Shown here in pieces: positions 57,009-64,000 of a stretch of 64,000 bases of DNA (position 1 is its first letter; each line of letters begins with the position of its first letter). The notes beneath the pieces are model-generated. The model saw only the letters and a list, made by a program, of their open reading frames with translations, was not told the origin of the DNA and searched no databases. A program made the translations under genes and the position numbers. The stretch comes from a virus (Duplodnaviria > Caudoviricetes): the IMG/VR virus record IMGVR_UViG_3300027740_000003, positions 192,001 through 256,000 of that record. One strand, 5' to 3'.

Positions 57009-60000
57009 TCACCTTTGTTCTATATTTATAACCACATCATTTGCTTGTAGATACTGATTTTTTTGAGCTGATATACTTAATACGTTCCCCGCACTTTCCG
57101 AAGTATTAAAATATAATACCCTGGCCCTATCTACTCCTGCAACGCTTTGAGCAACTGCAATTAAATCAGAAGAATCAACCGTGGTATTTAATGCATTTGC
57201 ATTTAACGCACCAATTATTGCATCCTGAACGTTCTGTTTTACTGTCGCTGTATTATTGGTAAACTCTGATAAAACAACTATATTCATTGTAATGTCTATC
57301 AATATAGCTTGAGCTTCTTTTGTTAATACATCTGCTGTTATTGGTCTTGTATTCTCTATTGCTAATTGACTGTCTCCAATAAGTTTATTCAAATTATATC
57401 TTAATGAAATTCTTTCATTTTGTTTCGGGGCCAAATAGTCATAATAAGACTGGTATCTACTTCCAGTATTTGGTTGGTTTAAAGCATAAACTGTTAAGGT
57501 TGCTGCCTGTGATGCTCCTGAAGAAAATCCACTTGAAATAATTATAGAATTAACTATAGCAAATATTTTATCCGTATATAACGTTCCACTCTTTGAGAAA
57601 GATACATTTTCAATATCGCTATCTAGTGTATAATAAAAAGTAATTCTAACTTTATTACCAGCCTCTGGAGGATTAGCTTCATTTGTAATTGTTGCCGGCA
57701 GTCTGAATTCATTATATGTAAGTACGTTTCTTCCTTGACTTATCGCAATTGTTGTACTATCCTCAATTGATTCACTTCTAAAATATGTATTGTCTCTTAA
57801 AATATATCCTTTAATATCATATTCTTGTTCAACACTAAGAACATCGTTGCCAGTTGTCGCTTCAACCTTTTCTACAGACACAACTCTTGCAACTTTCAAA
57901 TTGCTTGGAATTGATTCTGTAGAATTTAATCCTAAAGACGCTCTTATTGCCACTCCTAGATTTATTGTAAGTTCCTGATTTAATTGCGGAGCCACAGCAA
58001 ATACTGCATCTTTTACTTTATGAATAGTTGTTCCAGTTATTGTAAATATGCCTGGTGAAATTGATCCGGATACGCTTAATACTAAACTGCTTGGTGCTTG
58101 ACGCAAATTTTGTATTGCAACAAATGTTGATGGTTGACACCCTACCCCTACAGCAGTTAATGTATCAAAAGCATTTAAATTCTTTAAAGCAGGAAGATTT
58201 GCTAAAACAGTTGCTGGAAGTAAAGTTTTAATATTTGCTATATAATTTGCCTCAACAATATATCCATCAGCAGCATCTGTTGATGGAACAATTGTAATTA
58301 TATTATTATCAAAACTACCTTGAAGCCCAGTAGCATTATACACATCTATATAATTATAAATAACATCTACTAATTGCCCGCTACTACCTAAACCATCTGT
58401 TGGTAAAAAGATTGTGAACCCAGTAAATGTTCCATCTGCTACGCTAGTATTCCACAAGTCTGTTCCGTCTACTAATCTAACTATAGAAACAACATTTTGA
58501 ACGGCCAGTGGCACAACAACAGCAGACCTTCCATTTATTGACGTAATTATACCAGAATAATTTCTTGTAGTGTTTACAGACACTACAGCAGAAACCGGAT
58601 GAGCAACTGTAGCCAATAACACAGATCCAGAAGCAGACAATGTTGCCTCTTCTCTCCTAACTGCATTAGAATATCCCCAATCAACACTGTCTAATACATC
58701 ACGTGGATTAGGATTAATATTTGATATTCTTCCGTCAAAATCTATAAATGGATCGAATTCTTTAATCCAAGTATAATCAACTTGTAATATATCGCTTATT
58801 GATGGTAAACTGCTTCCGGATATCGTTATCCTTCCAGTATTATTGACATCACCTGTTCCATCTGGGTTCTGACTGGTTATTACGTATCTCTCGCCAGTTG
58901 TTGCATTAAATACTCTGGTGACGTTAGTGATGGGCACATGCGCAAGCTGAATAGACGCTCTATTGGTTCTGTTTACAGAGCTGTTCTCATTTACTACATT
59001 TATCCTTTGTTTACTGGAGCTGATATTAACAATATCAGTAAACGATAACGTATCTTGCCCATTAAATATTCCTTTTGTCTTATCTTCTGATAAATCTTCT
59101 ATAGTATCAGATATCCAACGTAATTTATCAAACCCCCAAGCGGAACCAGCATATGCTCCAGTGTCTTTAACAAGCTCATAATTGCCAGAAATTCTGCCAA
59201 GAGAGTCTACAGATTTCTCTTTAAAATTGTTTCCACTGACAGAACCGCTTATATTAAGAATATTATTTACAGGCTGGTTTGGTAAAATACCCGTTTCTAG
59301 ATCGTCTAGTCTTTTCCTAGTGACGGTTTTACCTGCGTCAGCTGGTATCTGCCCAATAACATAATCATTTGCAATGTTATCAGGGCTTCCAGTGTTGCTT
59401 TTATCTATATAGATAAAACTTTCTATAATTTCTTGCAATCTAGTTCCATAAACAATAACATCTACTCTTCCACCAGTCCCTTCTGATATTATTGTTCTTT
59501 CTCCCGTTTCCGGATTAACATAGACTTGAGTTCCATCTCTGGTCATTAGGTCATCACCAGGCTCAATAACTAAAGCGTCTAAGGCGGCTGGGTCAGTCAA
59601 CACGGCGTTTCTGTATCCTAAAGAGGTTCCCGTATTAGACCCGGAGAAAACCGCTAGCATACGGCTCCTAAACGCCGCATCATCCTCTGCTAATGTCCCC
59701 CCGCTAAACGATACCACATTCGTTATATTCGATATTCCCGTTATAGAAACATTTCTTAAACTATACTTTGATATATTCCCCTGTAATCCGGCTATTGAAC
59801 ATTCTGTTAATACTTCGACGGCATAAATGTCTGTAATTCCAGCGGTATCCAATTCTGCTCTATATTGTGAAGCAATTGCTCGATAATTATTTGCTAAAGA
59901 CTGACTAATAACAAATGATGACTTAATTAAAAAAGATGTTCCATTACGGGCACTTACAACATCTCCTCTATTTACTGGTATATTAGCATCAATAGAATTA

Positions 60001-60281
60001 AAAGTAAGAAGTGCTGGCCCGGTAGATTTTGTACCAGTTTTTCTAGTAAGTCCAAAGTTTGCGCCCAATTTATCTAGGTCAGCACCCAAAGCAAGCCTAA
60101 TAGATTGTAAAGTAGATATCCGTTGTAATTCCTGATATAGTCTAGATAATTGTGCTGCGGGGGCATCTACAAGAAGATCTCTAGAAACAGTTCCAGGTTT
60201 TGTGTCCAAATCCGGCTGAGCTGTTCTAAAAAAATCAAGCAATGATAAAATAATTTCGTTTTGGGACCTAATCCTTACCAT
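57009..60281 (-). CDS. Baseplate J/gp6-like protein with a large internal insertion (1090 aa)
   Basis: PDLDTKPGTVSRDLL, LDKLGANFGLTRK, FSGGTLAEDDAAFRSR, C-terminal DSSDLIAVAQSVAGVD. Confidence 0.85.
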   Translation of the reverse strand: MVRIRSQNEIILSLLDFFRTAQPDLDTKPGTVSRDLLVDAPAAQLSRLYQELQRISTLQSIRLALGADLDKLGANFGLTRKTGTKSTGPALLTFNSIDANIPVNRGDVVSARNGTSFLIKSSFVISQSLANNYRAIASQYRAELDTAGITDIYAVEVLTECSIAGLQGNISKYSLRNVSITGISNITNVVSFSGGTLAEDDAAFRSRMLAVFSGSNTGTSLGYRNAVLTDPAALDALVIEPGDDLMTRDGTQVYVNPETGERTIISEGTGGRVDVIVYGTRLQEIIESFIYIDKSNTGSPDNIANDYVIGQIPADAGKTVTRKRLDDLETGILPNQPVNNILNISGSVSGNNFKEKSVDSLGRISGNYELVKDTGAYAGSAWGFDKLRWISDTIEDLSEDKTKGIFNGQDTLSFTDIVNISSSKQRINVVNENSSVNRTNRASIQLAHVPITNVTRVFNATTGERYVITSQNPDGTGDVNNTGRITISGSSLPSISDILQVDYTWIKEFDPFIDFDGRISNINPNPRDVLDSVDWGYSNAVRREEATLSASGSVLLATVAHPVSAVVSVNTTRNYSGIITSINGRSAVVVPLAVQNVVSIVRLVDGTDLWNTSVADGTFTGFTIFLPTDGLGSSGQLVDVIYNYIDVYNATGLQGSFDNNIITIVPSTDAADGYIVEANYIANIKTLLPATVLANLPALKNLNAFDTLTAVGVGCQPSTFVAIQNLRQAPSSLVLSVSGSISPGIFTITGTTIHKVKDAVFAVAPQLNQELTINLGVAIRASLGLNSTESIPSNLKVARVVSVEKVEATTGNDVLSVEQEYDIKGYILRDNTYFRSESIEDSTTIAISQGRNVLTYNEFRLPATITNEANPPEAGNKVRITFYYTLDSDIENVSFSKSGTLYTDKIFAIVNSIIISSGFSSGASQAATLTVYALNQPNTGSRYQSYYDYLAPKQNERISLRYNLNKLIGDSQLAIENTRPITADVLTKEAQAILIDITMNIVVLSEFTNNTATVKQNVQDAIIGALNANALNTTVDSSDLIAVAQSVAGVDRARVLYFNTSESAGNVLSISAQKNQYLQANDVVINIEQR

Positions 60282-60305
60282 GAATGTTTTCCTCTATTTA
60301 ATGCC

Positions 60306-60737
60306 TCATAATGCAACGTCTAAAGTGGCTTCTGATCCTCTAAGGCCTTTTGATAAAACTTTTACTGTAATTGTCCAATAAGTTGGGTCCGTAATATTTC
60401 TTCTAATAAAAACAGACTGTATTGCTGCAAGCATTTCTCCTGCTGTTATTCTTTGTCCACTGGCAGCCTGTTGTTTTTGTAGCTTTTGTAATGTTTCTAA
60501 ATTAGAACTTATAATTTGTTTAATCATTGTATCGATAAATTTCTTATCTAATACTTGTCCAATTGATGCGTCTGTAAGAGGAGAGCCGTACCAAGGGAAA
60601 GATACATTTGATCCCAGTGGCGTCATAAGTATTTTTAAAATATCTTGAATTAATTTTTCTAAATCATTTATTTGATCAAGATCTCCATCTTGTCCTATTA
60701 CTAAATCACCATTATTAATTCTTAAATCAAATGACAT
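60306..60737 (-). CDS. gp25/GPW-like baseplate wedge initiator
   Basis: DLRINNGDL...KLIQDILKILMTPLGS..PWYGS; immediately upstream of the J-like gene. Confidence 0.82.
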   Translation of the reverse strand: MSFDLRINNGDLVIGQDGDLDQINDLEKLIQDILKILMTPLGSNVSFPWYGSPLTDASIGQVLDKKFIDTMIKQIISSNLETLQKLQKQQAASGQRITAGEMLAAIQSVFIRRNITDPTYWTITVKVLSKGLRGSEATLDVAL

Positions 60738-62446
60738 TATGTTCCCCTAATTGAACCCTTCCGTGCTTTTATCGGGGTTTGAGAAGTGATTATAATTAAA
60801 CTATCTGCAAAGGCTAATATATTAAAAAATATCTTTTCAAACTCTTTAAGACAATCTAAAATTGGTGGCCTATTCCCAGCTAGTTGAGTAAAAACCTCAT
60901 TATTTACCAATTCATGAAAATTTTCATCCAATCTGGTTAATGAATTATTATCCAAAAAACCAATTAGATACTTCATATCTATGGTATATAATGCAGTGTA
61001 TATTGCTAAAATATCAACAATTCCAATTCCGGCTATTTCTCCAGTTATTTTTTCTATTGTTGCTAAATAATTCAAAGCCCTTCTTGCAATCTCATCCTCT
61101 TCTTTTTTTAAATTATCTATTGGGTTTGTTAGATTTTTCGTTAAATCAACAGAAATTCCGCTTACATATGAATTATCACCAACTCTGCTATCTTGTTTTG
61201 AATTTAATCTATTATTAACTAATTCTTTTAATTGCATTAATGCGATTTTTTGTCTTGTTTCTGATGTGTCAGTTAGGCCTCCGGATGTTTTTATCTTTCC
61301 GTTTTGCGGAAATTCCGGGCCGTTTGTTCCAACAATTGGTTGTAAATTTGATTTTGCACGCAAATATTCTAACACTTGAACTGACGCTATCAATTCTAAA
61401 ACTGCTACTTTAATTCCTTTTATTAACGTATTTACTATAGCCACTTCTAAAGTTGTAAAATCTTGTATTGTTTCTATTACCTCTGTCCCTACATTTTCTA
61501 ATGAATCCTTTCCAGATATTGCTAATAAAGTATATTTTATTTCATCACTGGTTTCCGCAGATGTTTTATTATCTAATATATACTTTGCTGATTTTATAAA
61601 AGTATCATCAATCTCTTTTACTTGTAATCTGTTTATTATTATTTGTTCCAAAATTGGACGGGAAACTTTTATATCACTTCCGCCTTCATCCTTTCCTGTT
61701 ATCAATTCTTTTGGAGAACCAAGGAACGGAACAGCAACTCTCCTTGATTGCTCTGGCATAACAGCCAACTCAATAACAGGATCAACAACAAACGGTTTTA
61801 ATATATGAGGAACGTTAGTTATTATATCAGGAATTGTACTTGTAATATTTAAATCATTTAATTCTTGTTTTCTGCTATCAATTGGTGTTCTTTGCTCATC
61901 AATAAAAAAAGGATCTTTGCCAGTTTGAGCAGATAAAAAAGGTCTTGTTTTTCTAAGCAATAACGCATATACAGAAGCCACTTCATCCTGTCTGGCAAAA
62001 ATATCTCTCCTGTCATAGAACTGTGTCTCTCGTTCCGCAGTTAAAATAAAATTAGCCGAACTGCTATATATTTTATTCTTTACAGCTGTTCTGTGTGCTA
62101 TCGTTTCACTCTGTTTAGGATCGTGCCCAGGATTAAAAAATGTTCCATCCGGAGCAACAACAGGAAATCCTACATTCCTATAAAATGCATGACATCGGCT
62201 TTCATTATATCTTAATACGTCTATGCTTCCACCAGACAATGCCTGGCTAGCAAATTGTTCTTGTTCACTTCTGTCAGTTCTTTCATTCTGAGACACCGTT
62301 CCCATTCCAGAAGAGTTCTGAAAAGACCTTATATTTTGATCAATAGGTTTAACAAAAGTATTATACATCTGTTCAACAGAGCTAATGCTTTGTATATCAT
62401 CAGTCTTATCTGTCCTAACAAGATTTGGTTTTACTTTAATTGTCAT
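60737..62446 (-). CDS. Hypothetical protein in the baseplate operon (569 aa)
   Basis: TAATG overlap with the gp25-like gene. Confidence 0.7.
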   Translation of the reverse strand: MTIKVKPNLVRTDKTDDIQSISSVEQMYNTFVKPIDQNIRSFQNSSGMGTVSQNERTDRSEQEQFASQALSGGSIDVLRYNESRCHAFYRNVGFPVVAPDGTFFNPGHDPKQSETIAHRTAVKNKIYSSSANFILTAERETQFYDRRDIFARQDEVASVYALLLRKTRPFLSAQTGKDPFFIDEQRTPIDSRKQELNDLNITSTIPDIITNVPHILKPFVVDPVIELAVMPEQSRRVAVPFLGSPKELITGKDEGGSDIKVSRPILEQIIINRLQVKEIDDTFIKSAKYILDNKTSAETSDEIKYTLLAISGKDSLENVGTEVIETIQDFTTLEVAIVNTLIKGIKVAVLELIASVQVLEYLRAKSNLQPIVGTNGPEFPQNGKIKTSGGLTDTSETRQKIALMQLKELVNNRLNSKQDSRVGDNSYVSGISVDLTKNLTNPIDNLKKEEDEIARRALNYLATIEKITGEIAGIGIVDILAIYTALYTIDMKYLIGFLDNNSLTRLDENFHELVNNEVFTQLAGNRPPILDCLKEFEKIFFNILAFADSLIIITSQTPIKARKGSIRGT

Positions 62447-62449
62447 TTA

Positions 62450-63991
62450 TTAAACCTCAGAAACGTTATTTGCCACATCAGTTGCATCACGACGCACCTT
62501 GCCAACATCAACTCCACCAGCAATACCCTTAACACTACTAACAAATGTATATGGTAAAAATCTTTCTTGTGTTGCTGTGTCTATATCCGGATTGTCTGTG
62601 TTCAATTTCTCTAAAAACATATTGTTCTGCCAAGAAATCCTAAGCTCACCATCTCCACCTTCATCACTTGAAATGTAAGCTTCAAAAACACTTATGTCTT
62701 TATTATATGTGAATTTAGATAGTTCACCCAAAGAAACCTCTCCACTCAAAGCATCAGCTGCTGCCCCTGAACAACTATCTGGAATATTATCAGATAACAC
62801 AACTCCGGCCTTATCCTTTAAAACAACAGATACTTTAATCTTCTCAGATATAAATTGCAAATCTGGTTCGATAGAAAATGTGCTACCATAAACATCAGCA
62901 CCTGCAAATAATGCCCTACAGAAAGTGTCCTCCGCTTCTGTTTTTAATTGTTCCAAACAAGCAATCATATCTGTTTGGGCCGCCCTAACATTATCCGGAC
63001 TAATATCATCTCTTAACTTTTTAATAACATTTGCCACACACTCCTGGGCCCTAGCTATATCAGGCATTGCTCCAACTCTTGTTATAACCGGATCAAATGA
63101 TGAAGCCAATTCATCATTCAACCGGGTCGTCTCTATGGAAATATCTGGAGTACAACCTAATGTTATTAAATTATATCCAAGCAACGATGCGTGGTTTATA
63201 TTTAATGTAAATATAATATCGTTAAAATAATATCCATCATCAAAACTTGGAACGGAACCTGCCTCTCCATAATTATAATGAATTAGATTTTCTATTGTTA
63301 GTTGAACTCCATTGGAAGTAATTGGGGTAATTCCATCTGCTTCATATGCCAACCCACCAACCAAACTTAATGTCCCATATAAATTATCTACTTGTTGGAT
63401 TGCTCCTGTTTCATCTCTTACACCAATATATGGTTTAGATTCAACTATAGCATTTTTAACAATTACTGTTCTGGTTCCAGAATTATCGCCATTATCAAAT
63501 TCATCAACATTCAAATCTATAAATGTAAGATTAACTGTATATGGAGCTTTCCTTAATGATGTTGTTGCACTATAAGTTTGTCCATCTGGCCAGAATATAT
63601 CTCCATATTCAAAATCAGAAGAGTTTGATCTGCTTCCTCCATCAGCATTTCTCTGTGTTGTTGTGTCTTGATATTGTGTAATTATGTCTTTAAATGAATA
63701 AGGCTGCTCCGGATCGTCATTTACAAATTGCCACCATTCCCGGCGCAATGTGTTCCCAGTAATTTTGTCTCCAAAAATAGAAGAAAACATAGGATTATCA
63801 ACTACAGACGGATCTATAATTTGTTTGTAATATATTAGCTTTCCCTGTATCCCTTGTATTCCGTTCGGATTATTCCTTATGAAGGGAGGACAAACATCGT
63901 CTCCACAACAACCAGAATCTTCCTCGCCATCCCTGCCACTGCTACAAATTCCAACTCCACCAAGTTGAGACAAGGCTTCAATGATTGCCAT
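62450..63991 (-). CDS. Hypothetical virion-module protein, frame open to the window edge (may be 5'-truncated); possible C-terminal Ig-like domain
   Basis: No in-frame stop in 63992-64000; IKVSVVLKDKAG...FEAYISS..GDGELRISW resembles Big-type domains. Confidence 0.6.
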   Translation of the reverse strand: MAIIEALSQLGGVGICSSGRDGEEDSGCCGDDVCPPFIRNNPNGIQGIQGKLIYYKQIIDPSVVDNPMFSSIFGDKITGNTLRREWWQFVNDDPEQPYSFKDIITQYQDTTTQRNADGGSRSNSSDFEYGDIFWPDGQTYSATTSLRKAPYTVNLTFIDLNVDEFDNGDNSGTRTVIVKNAIVESKPYIGVRDETGAIQQVDNLYGTLSLVGGLAYEADGITPITSNGVQLTIENLIHYNYGEAGSVPSFDDGYYFNDIIFTLNINHASLLGYNLITLGCTPDISIETTRLNDELASSFDPVITRVGAMPDIARAQECVANVIKKLRDDISPDNVRAAQTDMIACLEQLKTEAEDTFCRALFAGADVYGSTFSIEPDLQFISEKIKVSVVLKDKAGVVLSDNIPDSCSGAAADALSGEVSLGELSKFTYNKDISVFEAYISSDEGGDGELRISWQNNMFLEKLNTDNPDIDTATQERFLPYTFVSSVKGIAGGVDVGKVRRDATDVANNVSEV

Positions 63992-64000
63992 TATAACAGC

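Noticed and set aside
1431-63575. Numerous short plus-strand and nested ORFs in the six-frame track (60-195 aa)
   Set aside because: They lie antisense to or inside long, motif-bearing minus-strand genes, lack SD sites and recognisable motifs, and are expected shadow ORFs
47300-63991. Extracellular contractile injection system or tailocin rather than a phage
   Set aside because: The baseplate genes are contiguous with phage-type replication, RNR, sigma and homing-endonuclease genes in one co-oriented block
1-64000. Stop-codon reassignment (seen in some large phages)
   Set aside because: Genes are full length in code 11, and TAA, TGA and TAG all act as stops at tight gene junctions (e.g. dnaB ends in TAG)
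1-64000. CRISPR array, tRNA or rRNA genes
   Set aside because: Intergenic gaps are nearly all under about 100 bp, and no repeat-spacer pattern or cloverleaf was seen

Overview
AT-rich, gene-dense 64 kb segment of a large (probably jumbo) contractile-tailed bacteriophage. Almost everything is on the minus strand in tightly coupled operons with ATGA/TAATG overlaps, and it reads cleanly in genetic code 11. In transcription order (right to left) there are four blocks. (1) A baseplate module at 47.3-64 kb: gp25-like, J/gp6-like, a 2230-aa wedge-like protein with LamG pieces, and a 1003-aa protein carrying a dockerin. (2) An ~18 kb glycosylation locus at 28.9-47.2 kb: 10 glycosyltransferase-like genes, 5 nucleotide-sugar enzyme homologues, 2 methyltransferases and an inserted Zn-finger endonuclease. 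(3) A replication/expression module at 15.5-28.9 kb: tubulin/FtsZ homologue, SF2 helicase, DnaC-like loader, DnaB, FmdB-type Zn ribbon, sigma70 factor, class II RNR, methionine aminopeptidase and a small wHTH gene. (4) A tail-fibre/lectin module at 4.8-15.4 kb with an embedded glycosyltransferase, followed by accessory enzymes. The most striking unexplained signal is the tripeptide Asp-Gly-Tyr (DGY): about 46 hand-counted copies in predicted virion proteins (19 in one fibre) versus about 2 in all non-structural proteins, encoded by varied codons. Together with the soluble, export-free glycosylation locus, this suggests as a hypothesis a phage-encoded virion glycosylation/modification system with a short recognition motif. 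All product calls come from motif recognition by eye; no searches were run.
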